A stretch of DNA of 64,000 nt from Octopus vulgaris (GCA_951406725.2 OX597826.1:47616001-47680000), one strand, 5' to 3'; counted from the stretch's first letter, positions 41,995-57,148 are shown. Program-made: numbers and translations. The notes: generated by a model from the letters alone, not told the origin.

Positions 41995-42382
41995 TATATA
42001 TATACATATAAATAGAGAGAGAGGGAGAAAGAGAGAGAGAGAGATAGATAGATAGATATAGATATATATATATACATATATACATATATTACATGTGTAT
42101 TTATACACAGACTCATGAATATATTTATATATGTACATGTGTATATATACACACATACATATATTATATATGTATGTGTGCGTATATATATGTGTGTGTG
42201 TGCATTTATATTAAAATATACATTTATATTAAAATATACATATATACATACATGCACAAACACATATCCATACACATTCGCAGACACACATAACATGAAT
42301 ATACACATATGCACACATATATGCACTTACACATACATACACACAGGCATACAAAAATATATGCACGTAAACATATATATAC

Positions 42383-42419
<37 letters not shown>

Positions 42420-42944
42420 TAAGTCTCTATGATGTATATATGTATAACTCACTGTGGTGTATTTATGCATGAGTTTATTCATGCCAATAGATGCATACAT
42501 GTGTCAGAGCTTTATCAATTTAGATAAAAGACTTTTATTTACTTTTATTCAAATATTTTGTCACCTGAAAAATAAAACGTTTTATTTCATTTCACTTTTA
42601 AAATCTTGTTAACTAAAATGTTCATAATAATTCTATAATTAATTATATATCGACATATAAAAAAAAAAAAAAATTAATAATATTGAGGATGCTGTGACAA
42701 CGACCGATTACAGCAGCAGTAATAACAACAACAACAACAATAATAACGATAATAACAGTATAAAAATGATGATATTGATGATGAGAAACCGAAGGAGCTG
42801 GAGGTTAGCTTTGATCAATACAAATTGAAATTTAGGAAAGAAAAAGAAAATTCCATGAAAAACTGAAAGAAATAAAACAAAAATGTGTAATATTTTAATA
42901 TATGAGAGAATAAAAGGAAGGATAACATAAAGGAAAACATCACC

Positions 42945-43710
<766 letters not shown>

Positions 43711-43983
43711 TAATCGACATCGTCACATCCTTTCTGACCTCAGCATATAGATAAATGTTACCTGAGAAGGTGGCTATTTTGAGTAGCGCTGTTTGTTTTA
43801 TCATTTGTATTATCATTCCCTGAGAGGTGAAATGTAAAAATTTTAAATTTGGTTAGAGTTCAACCTACAACACATGGAAATAAAATTCGATTATATATTG
43901 TGAGGTGGTATTATATCATTCATTCTGCAGTGAGCTCACAGAATTTTTAGCTCATCAAATAAAATGCCCAGCAGTATATCTTC

Positions 43984-44156
43984 CAGGGGTGGACTGAGAG
44001 TATTAAGGACCCTTGGGCATAACTGTTTACCAGGCCTTTTAGCACTGATATCAGTAGAGTTAACATGTAGAGTGTGGGCCCTTCAGAGCTCTGGGCCCCT
44101 CGGGGCTCCTGCCCCTTAGGCAGTGGCCGATTCACCGATGGCTCAGTCCGACCCTG
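43984..44156. mobile_element. hAT MITE
   Basis: Perfect 8-bp TSD atatcttc (43976-43983 / 44157-44164); TIR CAGGGGTGGACTGAG / CTCAGTCCGACCCTG. Confidence 0.9.
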
Positions 44157-44237
44157 ATATCTTCTGACACATTATATTGTGTGATCCACTTCTACTGGCA
44201 GCAACTTTGCTTTTCATCCCTCCAGGACTGATGAAAT

Positions 44238-44370
44238 AACATGTGGAAGGGGCACACACAAGAACACGTGGGATGAAGTGGTGAGAAAGGATCTTCAGAC
44301 ATTGGGCCTCACAGAAGAGATGACAAGGGGCCGAAACTTCTGGCAGTATGAAGGTGAGATGAGCCCAGTC
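44238..44370 (+). pseudogene. RTE ORF C-terminal scrap
   Basis: TCGRGTHKNTWDEVVRKDLQTLGLTEEMT matches the end of the 20331 ORF. Confidence 0.7.
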
Positions 44371-44554
44371 AGGCCAAAAAGGTAGGGGCTATTAATGTAG
44401 TGATAAAAAAACTGTTAAGTGGGGCTAAGCATGACTGAGGGCCTGAGGCTGGAGTACAATTGTGAGAGATACAATGCCAATCAACGTAACTCCTGTCTGG
44501 GTGCAAATAAACACCAGAAGGAATTTTATTTTTATTTATTTATTTTGGGTTTCT

Positions 44555-44921
44555 TTTTCTTTTACTTGTCTATGTCATCGGACTGCAGCCATGCTGGGGC
44601 ACCGCCTTGGAGGACTTTTAGTCAAACAAATCAACTCAAGAACTATTTATGGGGTTTGGCAATCATTCTGTCTGACACTTTTGCTAAACTGCTAAGTTAA
44701 AGGGACATAAATAAAACAATACCAGTTGTTAAGAGGGTGGCAGGGAACAAACACAAATGTACACACACACACACACACACACACATACATACACACATGC
44801 ACACACACATATATGTGTGTGTGTATATACATATATATGTGTACAAATGTATATATACACAAACATATATATATACACACATATACACACACATATATAC
44901 ACACACACATGCATATATATG

Positions 44922-44973
<52 letters not shown>

Positions 44974-45137
44974 ATGGGCTTTCACAGAGTTTCTGTCTTC
45001 CAAATTCACTCACAAGACATTCATTAGCCTGAAGCTATAGTAGAAGATACTTGCTCAAGATGCTGCACAGTGGGACCAAATCCAAAATCACATGATTGCA
45101 ACCTGGGCTTTTTAACCGCACATACAGCCATGCCTAC
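44555..45137 (-). mobile_element. SINE family A with expanded internal microsatellite
   Basis: Similarity to other copies. Confidence 0.75.
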
Positions 45138-45219
45138 CCCTAATTATTAAAATGACAAGATTATCTTGTATTGGTGCATTGATAAGAAATAACAAACAGT
45201 ATAATACTGCATAATATTG

Positions 45220-45418
45220 GCTTCAACTTTTGGCACAAGGCCAACAATTTTGCTGTTCAGTCAGTTATATCGACCCCAGTGCTCAACTGGTTCTTGTTTT
45301 ATCAACCCTGAAAGAATGAAAGGCAATGTCAACCTTGGTGGAATTCGAAATCAGATATAAAAATGGATGAAAAGTCACTAAGCATTATGCCTGTCATAGC
45401 AACAATTCTTTCAGCTTG
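45220..45418 (-). mobile_element. Nin/Deu-like SINE
   Basis: cgaccccagtg...gaaagaatgaaaggcaa. Confidence 0.75.
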
Positions 45419-45424
45419 TATATT

Positions 45425-45877
45425 CTTTTTATTCTTTTACTTATTTCAGTCATTTGACTGCGGCCATGCTGGAGCACCGCCTTTAGTCAAGCAAATCAAC
45501 CCCAGGACTTATTTTTGTAAGCCTAGTACTTATTCTATCGGTCTCTTTTGCAGAACTGCTAAGTTATGGGGACGTAAACACACCAGCATTGGTTGTCAAG
45601 CGATGTTGGGGAGGACAAACACAGACACAGACAGACACACACACATACATATATATATATAACACAACAACGCGAGGACGTGGAACAAATATAGTATTAT
45701 TGGACGCTCAGGAAGGAAGGAAAGAAAGAAGGTTTAACGTTTCGAATATGACAGGCTTCTTTCAGTTTCCGTCTATCAAATCCACTCACAAGGTTTTGGC
45801 TCGCCCGAGGCTATAGTAACAGACACTTTCCCAAGGTGCCACGCAAGCTACTTACCACACAGCCACTGCTGCATCTA
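45425..45877 (-). mobile_element. SINE family A with 85-bp insert (45661-45745)
   Basis: Similarity to other copies; insert is related to 11820-11880. Confidence 0.8.
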
Positions 45878-45961
45878 TATTATATAATATGATATAAAGT
45901 TATATAATATTAAACAATAATACATTTCAATGACAGGAAAAAATGTCATGGATAATTCTTG

Positions 45962-45997
<36 letters not shown>

Positions 45998-46521
45998 TAA
46001 ATATATATTTTGCAATTAAATTTTTGAAATATTATTTGATTTTTTGATGAGTATTTCTTCTGAATCCTTGTAATGACAATCTGATATCAGCCACAAGTAA
46101 CACCAGTTCTAAGACAACTGCATTTTCACCAAAACATTCTAAGAGAAAAATAGAAAGAGAGAGAGAGAGAGAGAGAGAAACAGAGACAGAGATAGAGAGA
46201 TAAAGAGAGTATGTGATCTTATTTATTTTTCATATTATTTAAATATTCTTATCTGCATTCAATGCTTAAAAAAATGTTAATACATAAAATAAACTACATA
46301 ATTTCGAAAAGAAGGAAAAAAAGACAAGTTTGGCAGTGTTATTCTTGATGTTGTCTCTTTGCTTCGTTTTCTTCTTCAATATTTTTGTATATATTTTCTT
46401 ACTTTTACATTCTCAGTTGCAATTGTTTTGAAATAATTTTTCTCTATTAAGAATGGAACTTCAAAATGGACTTTTTAAGATAATAATAATAGCAGTGATA
46501 ATAATAACAATAATAATAATG

Positions 46522-46637
<116 letters not shown>

Positions 46638-46680
46638 GGTGGTGGTGGTGGTGGTGATGATGATGATGATGATGATGATA

Positions 46681-46734
<54 letters not shown>

Positions 46735-46849
46735 GGCAAAGAGACAGAAAAACTAAATAATAAGATATTAAACAATAAAATAGCTTTAAAACATAAATGA
46801 AATAGGTAAATAAAATGTAAAATATATAAATAGACACAAACACACACAC

Positions 46850-46886
<37 letters not shown>

Positions 46887-47342
46887 TGCACACACATACA
46901 TATATATATATGTATGTGTGTGTATGTAATTTGTAAATATGATGCTGAAGTAAAATTAAAACAGGAAAATGAAATCAAATTAAAATGAAAGAAATAAATG
47001 AAAGATGGAATAGAATTAAATGCAAAAAAAAAATAAAATAAATAAAGGAATAAAAATATTGAAGAAGAAATAGATAATGATAAAGAAGGAATGTGGTGTA
47101 GAAGTGAGAAGGAAAAGGAGGAGAGGAGGAGAAGGAGGAGGCAGAGCAGGAGGTGTGGTATAAGAAGAAGAAGGAGAATAAAAAGAAGAAGAAGAAGAAG
47201 AAGAAGAAGAAGAAGAGGAATACGAGGAAGAAGAAGAAGTAGAAGTAGAAAAGGAAGAAGAAAAAGACGAAGAAAAAGACGAAGAAGAAGAAGAAGATAA
47301 CAAAGATGGGTAGTAAGAATAAAGAGGACAAAGAAGAAGAAA

Positions 47343-47377
<35 letters not shown>

Positions 47378-47717
47378 AACGATGATGAAGAAGCAGAAGG
47401 AGTAAAAATGGTGTAGCTTTGGTAGCAGCATGGAATTATCTCAAAAGAGAAATGCAAGAATTCTGATAGAAAATGATGTAAATTTCAACAATAGAAATAT
47501 TTCAAGAATTTCAGTAATGAAAAAATGGAGAAATTACTAAAAAAACAAGAAGAAAAGCAACAAAAATATGATATAAAGATAAAAGCAAAAAATCTTATGT
47601 CAATGTATTTGGTTGACATATTAATGTTTATTTAATCTATCTATTAGGGTAACAATATTTTAAAACATTCTGTATCATTACTATCTATCTACATATATAT
47701 ATATGTGTATGTATGTA

Positions 47718-47800
<83 letters not shown>

Positions 47801-47837
47801 ATGTATATATGTATATATATGTGTGTGTGTGTGTTTA

Positions 47838-48303
47838 TTTTTTATTCTTTCACTTGTTTCAGTCATTTGATTGCGGTCGTGCTGGAGCGCCACCTTAAGG
47901 AGTTTTAGTCGAACAAATCGGCCCCAGGACTTATTCTTTGTGAGCATAGTACTTATTCTGTCAGTCTGTTTTATTGAACTGCTAAGTCACAGGGACACAA
48001 ACACACCAACATTGGCTTTCAAGTGATGGTAGCAAGGACAAACATAGACACAAAGACACACACATAGATATATACATATATATATATATATATGTGTGTG
48101 TGTATATATGTATATATAGATACACACACATACAGACATATGTATACAATGGGCTTCTTTCAGTTTCTGTCAACCAAATCCACTCACAAGTTCTTTGGTC
48201 AGCCCAAGGCTGTAGTAGAAGACACTTTCCCATGGCTCCATGCAGTGGGATTGAACATGGAAACATATGGTTGGGAAACAATCTTCTTACCACACAGCCA
48301 TGC
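47838..48303 (-). mobile_element. SINE family A
   Basis: Similarity to other copies. Confidence 0.8.
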
Positions 48304-48559
48304 ATTTCTTTTCTCTCTTTCTTTCACACTTCGTTTCCTCCACACTGATATCATCACCATCATCAGTTTTATCTGCACTTTTTCATGCGTGCATGGACTG
48401 CATGAATTTAATCAAGGCAGATTTTCTACAACAGGGTGCCTTTCCAGTCAACAACTCTCACTTACTTCCAAGGAAGGCAATATTTTCCTCCCTCTTGACT
48501 AGATATGTTTATTTGATATTAGGAATGAATGACACTGCTTTTAAGACAGTGATATTCAT

Positions 48560-49265
48560 TTAACCGTTTAATGTTTAATCAAGCCATAGCTGGCCAAAAT
48601 ATTCTACCTGTTTTATGTTAAAAAAGACCAGATCTAACCTCTCACACATCATCATCATCATCATCATCATCATCATTTAACGTCCACTTTCCATGCTAGC
48701 ATGGGTTGGACGATTTGACTGAGAACTTGCAAATCAGATGGCTGCATCAGGCTCCAATCTGATCTGGCAAAGTTTCTACAGCTGGATACCCTTCCTAATG
48801 CCAACCACTCTGAGAGTCTAGTGGGTACTTTTACATGCCACCGGCACGAGGGCTAATCTGGTGGTACTGGCAACGGCCACGCTCAAATGGTGTTTTTTAC
48901 GTTCCACCTGCACAGGAGTCAGTCGAGTGGCACTGGCAACAACCTCACTCCAATGTTTTGTTCATGTGTCACCGGCACAAGTGCCAGTAAGGCGACACTG
49001 GTAACGATCACGCTCAAATGGTGCTTTTTACATGCCACTGGCATGGAAGCCAGACAGCTGCTCTGGCAGTGATCCCGCCCAGATGGAGCAGTTAGCGCTC
49101 CACTGGCACAGGTGCCAGTCATCGAATTTGGTTACAATATCATTCTAAATGTATACAATCACACCATTGGAATCTTGAAGCCACAAGATCATGTGTGATT
49201 AATTCAAAACAATGTAAATATATAAGGAATACATTTGAGAAAAGAATCTGCATATTAAAGAGTTA
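48560..49265. mobile_element. piggyBac-like MITE carrying an RTE 3'-UTR insertion (48648-49130, minus)
   Basis: Paralog of 30001-30702; TTAA at both ends. Confidence 0.6.
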
Positions 49266-49914
49266 AAAATGTCTTGCAATGTCAAAACAACAAGACAGAA
49301 ATAAACATGCAAACACATATACAATGGACTTCTTTCAGTTTTTATCCCCAAATCAACTTAAAAGTTTGTCATCCACTTGAGTGAGACTCCAGTAGAATAT
49401 ACTTGCTTAAGGTACCACATAAAAAAAATCGAACCCAGAAACATGTGGCTAGAGAGTAAACTTGGTGCTGGTATAGTATGTGATCAACATACATGTTTCT
49501 GGTATAGCTTGTGATCTACATTAAGTCAAATGGTATAGTTTGTGATCTACTCCAACTTTTTGATCTACATTTAAAATTTATCTATTTACTTGACTTCTGG
49601 TTGGTTTGGTATATAAACCAAAACAACTTTTATGATTTACACACTTTTAGTCCTGAGCCCATCGAAAGAAGTCGTGATGAGAGCAAAAGAACTTTACATA
49701 CAGGTTTTTCGAGATGAAGAAGCTGCAATAGAATTTCTCTGATGCTATGAACTCATTTATGAACATGGAGATATTGATCCATCTCTAATTATAATTGCAA
49801 ATTTATAGCAAAATTTTGAATGTAGATAACAAGCTAGTCTAGATTTAAGTTGCTGTAGATAACAAGCTAGTCTAGATTACATACTACACCGGCACTGTAA
49901 ACTTTTTTTCACAT

Positions 49915-50330
49915 AGGTGCAGGAGTGGCTGTGTGTTAAGTAGCATGCTTACCAACCACATGGTTCCTGGCTCATTTCCACTGCGTGGCACCTTGGGCAA
50001 GTGTCTTCTACTACAGCCTCGGGCCAACCAAAGCCTTGTGAGTGGATTTCGTAGAAGGAAAGTGAAAGAAGCGTGTGTATATGTCTGTATGCCTGTGTCC
50101 CCTCAACATCACTTGATAACCGATGGTGATGTGTTTACGTCCCTGCAACTTAGCGGTTCGGCAAAAGAGACCAATAGAATAAGTACTAGGCTTCCATAGA
50201 ATAAGTACTAGGCTTCCATAGAATAAGTCCTGGGGTCGATTTGCTCCACTAAAGGTGGGGCTCTAGTATGGCCTCCATGAAATGACTGAAACAAGCAAAA
50301 GAGCATACGAGTAAAAGAGTAAAAGAGAGT
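49915..50330 (+). mobile_element. SINE family A
   Basis: Full head and tail; internal 22-bp tandem duplication. Confidence 0.85.
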
Positions 50331-50399
50331 ATATTTTTGTTTCTTAACTTCCTTGTTATCTTATTTAAAATTTATTATAATCTTTTATTCTTTTAATCA

Positions 50400-51001
50400 T
50401 TTACTTATATCAGTTATTAGATTGTGGTCATGCTGGGGCACTACCTAGAAGAATTTTAGTTGAATGAATTGACCCTGGTGCATCCCTCTTTTTTAAGCCT
50501 GGTACTTATTCTTTCAGTCACTTTTGCCAAACCACTAAGTTACAGGGACATAAACACACCAACACCTGTTATCAATCAGTAGTAGAGGATAAACACTCAT
50601 ACACACACAACACATATACGATGGGCTTCTTTCAGTTTCCATCTACTGAATGTCCTCCTAAGGCTTTGGTCAGCTCAAAGCTTACAGTAAAAGAACCTTG
50701 ATGAGGGTGACATGCAATGGGACTGAACTTGGAACCATCTGATTGAGAAGTAAACTTCTTATTTCTTTACTGCCCACAAGGGGCTAAACATAGAGGGGAT
50801 GAACAAGGACAGACAAATGGATTAAGTCGATTATATCGACCCCAGTGCGTAACTGGTACTTATTTAATCGACCCCGAAAGGATGAAAGGCAAAGTCGACC
50901 TTGGCGGAATTTGAACTCAGAATGTAGCGGCAGACGAAATGCTACTAAGCATTTTGCCCGGCATGCTAACGTTTCTTACCACACAACCATGCTTGCACCT
51001 A
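50400..51001 (-). mobile_element. SINE family A with a nested, well-preserved Nin SINE (50761-50972)
   Basis: Nested copy is the reverse complement of 13066-13297. Confidence 0.85.
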
Positions 51002-51399
51002 TTATAAAGAAATAACAGCAGAAAGCTTTGTGATAGAGACCAGACAGTGTAGCAAGTAGAGTCAAATTTATTGTGAAATTTGGGTTGATTGAAACTTCAA
51101 CATTGGTTTAATGACTGCTTTATTCCACCCGGATAAGTCATTAGGTGAAAATCTTTTTGTCTCAAACAGATTTTTATTATGAATGACACAAGCATTATTG
51201 GATCAAAATAGCAATCTTTGTATCATATTTAAAGCAGATACAACATTGAAAGCCTCATAAGCTGTGGTATTCATCTTGAGATAGCTTCTATTATAATCGT
51301 TCAGTCACTGGTTGATTTTTGTCTGCTACTAATCTATTTCTGTGTTTTTTAACACTATACATATTTAAGAGATGTTATTTCAAAACAAATAACATCTCT

Positions 51400-51468
<69 letters not shown>

Positions 51469-51707
51469 TTTATATAGATAAGGATAAGATCGTTATTTAA
51501 ATATCAATCTTATCAAGTGGCTCACATGGGAATAAAAAACCTTTAAAGGTAATAATTATTATTAAAATTATTATTTAGGGTATCTAAGAGATATCACCAC
51601 GTTGGAAACAGCAGCCAAAACTTGACTCTAAAACCACATTAAATGTTCATACAGCACCAGGAGAGAAGACAAAAGACAAAATAAACTAGTAAAAAATTAC
51701 TGGATAA

Positions 51708-51763
51708 TTCCAGATCCCAGATTTCTGGATCTGCATAAGAAATTCTTTGCCTCATCAGTGGAA
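51708..51763 (-). ncRNA. Type I hammerhead ribozyme-like motif, core intact
   Basis: TTCCA-CTGATGA-(26 nt, imperfect stem II)-GAAA-TCTGGG-ATC-TGGAA; perfect 5-bp stem I. Confidence 0.65.
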
Positions 51764-51905
51764 TATACAACACAGATAGCACATAAATGCAAATATATAT
51801 ATACAATAATATATATATATATATATAATATATATATATACACATATATATATATCTGTGTGTGCGTGTTTTAGATGCATTAATATGTGAGCATATATAT
51901 GTATG

Positions 51906-51941
<36 letters not shown>

Positions 51942-52467
51942 TGATGTTGATGATGTTGACAACAACCACAGTGATGACGATGATGATGTTCATGGGGAAA
52001 ATGACGATGTATTCTGTGCTTTGACATTTACATTTTGCAATAATGTAACTACATTCCTCAGCATTTGTCCTATGTTATGTTGTACCCGAATGTTTTGTGT
52101 ATTTATGTTACCAAATGAAGCAACTATTGCTATCCTCAGCAGTTTCACCTCCACCTTCTCCTCCTTCTCCTGCTCATCATCGTCATCATCATCATCATCC
52201 TCCTCCTCATCATCATCATCATCAATATGATCATTATTAATATTTTCATTCACATTATTATGTACGTTTCATAGTTGTATTTAATGTTGCCCATTTTGTT
52301 GCAGTTGTGTGGTCATGTTTCTTTACAAATTCTTCGTCCATGTTCACAAACGAATCGTGTTTTTGTATGGAACAGATAAATAAAAAGATGTTATAATTGA
52401 AATATAAAGATTGCAGATATTAATATTATACAAGAATATCTTGGGGTTTGTATTTCAAATACAATGT

Positions 52468-52507
<40 letters not shown>

Positions 52508-52617
52508 ACTTATCGTGTATCAGGCTATACATTTGGTTTAATATATATCATATACATTATATATATATATATATATGCCTGTATGTGTGTGTATGTATGC
52601 GTATATATGTGTATATG

Positions 52618-52649
<32 letters not shown>

Positions 52650-52694
52650 CATATGCATATACATTTATATACATTATATATTTTGTATTATTAT

Positions 52695-52740
<46 letters not shown>

Positions 52741-52844
52741 CATACATATACAAGTGTGTGTATGTGTGTATAATATATATAACCTACTTATTATATCTGC
52801 ATAACATATATAAATTTACATATACCTATTTACATATATATATA

Positions 52845-52886
<42 letters not shown>

Positions 52887-53275
52887 TTCATATACATACA
52901 CATATGTGTGTGTGTATAAAATAATAAATAGTTAGATACTTATATACACACCCCCAAGCACACAGACAGAGAAAAAGAAAAAAAGTGACAGAAAATAAAA
53001 GTAAGAAAAACAAAGATTAAGACATGGAAGAGTGTGTGTGGGTGTGTGTGTGTGTGTGTGCACGCGCATGTGTGTGTGCATGTGACATGCAGAAAGACGC
53101 ACAAAACCAAATTCTCAATAAGCTTAAAACCTGACAAAAAAAATTTATTAGATTTCCACACACCCACAGAGACACACAAATCAAAATAAATAAAAAAGTG
53201 ATGCATCAATATAGATATATAGGTATATATATATATATATATGTGTATATATATATATTTACTTAAAAGTGATGA

Positions 53276-53332
<57 letters not shown>

Positions 53333-53856
53333 TATGTATATACTTATACACATGCATGCACATACACACAGTTTCTTTTATTAGAACTGTTATTATTCCT
53401 CTATTTTATTGCATCGGAACCATTCAATGGTAACTTTGGCTTTGAAAAATACTTTTCCTATGTAAAAGAGTGAGGCACATCCTCTTGTAATGTTTAGGCA
53501 AAGGGAATTATAGAGCGAAGGGCAATGCCTTTTATTTCTTTTTTTTTTTTTTTTTTTACTTTTTATTTTTTTTTCTTTCTCATCCACAGCTAAGCTTCAT
53601 GCACTTGATATTAAAAAAAAATATAGAGGGGAGCAGATATGCAAAAAAAAAAAAAAGAAAGAAAATGTAGCATTGAAAGTTAAATTTTAATCATAACTAA
53701 TGATATTTATGGTCAGTAAATCTTTATAAAAGAACATGCAGAATGAGTTCTTAGGAATATAAACATCCTACGCTCACTCTCTCTTTTTCTCTCTCTCTCT
53801 CACAGATATATATGCACAGGGGTATGATTATATAGAACATATATTATATATATTCC

Positions 53857-53906
<50 letters not shown>

Positions 53907-54659
53907 CACACGTGTATGTTTACAGACAACCCCACACATTTCCCATACCACACAAAACCAAGAAACAACACCACATATCATATATATTCATAAATACAAA
54001 GTATTAAGAAAGATCTTGCTTTGTGAAAGAATATGCATATACATAGATGTATATGCATATATATACAAAGATATATAAATATATATACATATATATGTAT
54101 ATATACATTTAAATATATATATGTTATGCATATATGTATGCATGTATTAGAATCAGGCATTGCTGTAGGGTTAAGAAATTGCTGTATAGTCAAGAGGTTC
54201 TGGGTTTGATCCCATTGCACAGCACCTTAGGGGCATCTGTTTTCTGCTTAAGAATTTGGTTTAACAAATACTTTATGGCTGGAAATTTTACATAGAAACT
54301 CCAGCAAAATATCTGCTGGATATATATATCTGTGTGTGTGCGTGTGTGTGTGAAAATGTGTGGCCTAGTGTTTAAGGGTGTTGCATTCAAAATCATGAGA
54401 TTGTGGGTTTGATTCTCACACTGGCTTTGCATTATATTCTTAAGCAAACACTTCATTTCATGTAGCTCCAATGGGTAACCCTACAAGGTAATACCCTTCC
54501 AGTTAAAGGAAACGTTGGTCTGCCCTACCTCTAACCAATGGAGTGGCATCGTTCAATAGCTAAAATTATGCAAAGCACATTATTACCCATGATGTATACT
54601 AACACCCAACAGTCTGACTGACACAATGTTTCTTGGTCTGGTCGTTGTCCGTGCAACAT

Positions 54660-56326
54660 CGATATTCTTCCCTGTGTTTGTGAAATCTTGTATCGCTGCC
54701 GTAAGGCTTCATTTCCACACGTGCCACCTCAATTCAAATCGTCCTTAATCGAAAGGCACCTGTTGTTATGTCCTGTTATTATTTTTATTGTAATAATAAT
54801 AACAACAACAATAACAATAATACAAGCCGATCCCCCCAATACCACCCTAAATTTTAACTTATCCATAGATAGTACAGCATCATCCCATTCCACAACAAAT
54901 CCACTTTAGACAGATAGCTGCAAATGCCGATCAGGGAGCGGATGCCCACTGCCAAAAGTTTTAATGTGGTATATAAATGCATTGTTCGCAACATATTGTA
55001 CAATTCTATTAGCCATTACATTGGGTCTCATATTAATTTTAAATGCAGATATTCTGCACACCTGAACTCATTTAAATGTGAGGTTCATAGCAAATCCACG
55101 TCCCTAGCCAACCTCATACACCATCTGATAAATAGGAAAATACCATATAGAGTATCCTGGGCCACAATAGATTCCGGTGTCCCACATGTGAACCCAGCCT
55201 GAAAGAAGTCCTCCAAATATTAATTCATGATTCACCACAATTACTCAATAAACAGTATAAAGCATTTTGTACATGTAAACATAAGTTCTATTATACCTTT
55301 AGATTCTATCATAGGTCCAAATGCAAGCAAACTCAACACACTTAACACTTGGTTGTGTCGTTACAATATATGCACATTACAATATATAGCGTTACAATAT
55401 ATGTCGTTACAATATACGTATCTTACAATATACGTATCTTACAATATACGTACGTTTCTTCTCTTTCATCTATCAGTAGAAATAGCTTGGAAGCTAGCAA
55501 GCTGCAATAATCTTTATTTTAATTTTTAATCTATAATCTTTTAAATTTTTTTTTTATATTTTATCAAATTTAATTGTATCTTTTATCCTTAAATTAAGCA
55601 TCTGTTTTTAGCTATATTTTAGCTATCCTTACTGACCACAGAACTAAATATTCTTTCTGACTACACCGATCCTAGAATTTATCTATTAAATTAATAGCCA
55701 TAAATGCCTTCCTCCTCCACTTTACCAAAACTTTAATACCCGACCTCTCTCCTCAAACCGATCCTAACGAAGCATAATCCTGGCATCTTATCTTTATCTT
55801 TATTTTTCACTTTTCATTTTGATTTTATTTTACTTTCACCCTCTTATCCTATTTCATTCTTTTCACTCTTTCTCCTCTCTCTTCTATTCGCTCACTCACA
55901 ACCCATATCTGTCTATCATGATGTCTGTCTTTCTCACTCTATATACCCACGTGGACCATTTTCACACTAGCCAAATACTTAATTCTATTCCTTCAACATG
56001 AACGCAAAATTCAAAATACTGCCTAGGTATACTTGGGATTATACTTAACGACCTATACCTTCATGGAAGTACGGACCAACCTCCATACCCTCTAGAAGAA
56101 GATGAGCTGTGAACTTTATTCTCCTGTCTGTATTCGTCTATCTACTGTTTTACTCATTTATAAACTAAATTCCCTGTCTAGAACTTTCATATATACTCAC
56201 CTTGTCTCTGATGATGGAATACCAAGTGCATGGAGATGCTAACCTATAAGTTGGGATATCCAAGAAACAGCTGTAAGAATCCAATATTTAATTAATTAAT
56301 TACTTCAAATTCAACATTCCTGTAAT
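54660..56326 (+). mobile_element. Penelope-like retroelement 3' relic (GIY-YIG endonuclease and pLTR-like tail)
   Basis: Frameshifted CKCRSGSGCPL / NVVYKC...HYIGSHINFKCRYSAHLNSF...STSLANLI...YRVSW / LLNKQY...CTCKHKF; hammerhead at 56205-56278; ends at (TA)n. Confidence 0.85.
56205..56278 (+). ncRNA. Type I hammerhead ribozyme-like motif in the Penelope tail
   Basis: TCT-CTGATGA-TGGAATACCAA...TTGGGATATCCA-A-GAAAC-AGCT-GTA-AGA; palindromic ACAGCTGT; predicted cut after 56275. Confidence 0.7.
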
Positions 56327-56874
56327 ATATATATATATAGGTATGTATGTATCTTAATCTTAAACAAGAATACTGTTGACAGTGAATTCACTTAAACCAA
56401 ATTTATTTAATGCTAATTTATTTTCATTATTCACATGTGGCTGAGATGAACGAACTAAATTTTGAACTTGTATATAAGTCTGAACATTTCTATATGCACT
56501 ATGGATGCGTTGTGTTCGTATGGTATGTACAGATGTTCATAATTATATACTTATGGTTATGTCATACTGATGGCAAAGTGGTATTACATCACTAAACCAG
56601 AAATCGATCGATATATGGCTAAACTTCTACAAAAAATATTTTTGTTCATTCCCTCGCTTTCAACACGCGTATATGTGATGGATAAAGTAGTTTAGAGCCA
56701 TTTGGCGTCTTTTTCTAACATGTGGCATGACTTTGTAGTTGCCCTTATTATAATTTTACAATTATATATATGTAAAATTATATACTTTGCATTAATTTTT
56801 ACCTTAATTGGTTTTTACATTTTTACATGCTAGCTATTAGATAAAATCGTATAGAAATTTTATCCTTGATTTTA

Positions 56875-56921
<47 letters not shown>

Positions 56922-56922
56922 C

Positions 56923-56979
<57 letters not shown>

Positions 56980-56999
56980 TAAATAAATGGTACAACAAG

Positions 57000-57057
57000 G
57001 CACCGATATTTACTGGATATAGCGTCACTGCGTATATACTAGTAAAGACGCGTGTGT
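57000..57057 (+). ncRNA. Decayed hammerhead-like motif
   Basis: GCA-CCGATA-TTTACTGG/CTAGTAAA-GACGCGT-G-TGT. Confidence 0.35.
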
Positions 57058-57148
57058 GCAACAAACATGAAAAAAATTTGTCTTACCTCTAGGAAGAACA
57101 TCTGAAAATTGGAAAACCTAGAATCGGATATATATATACATACATATA

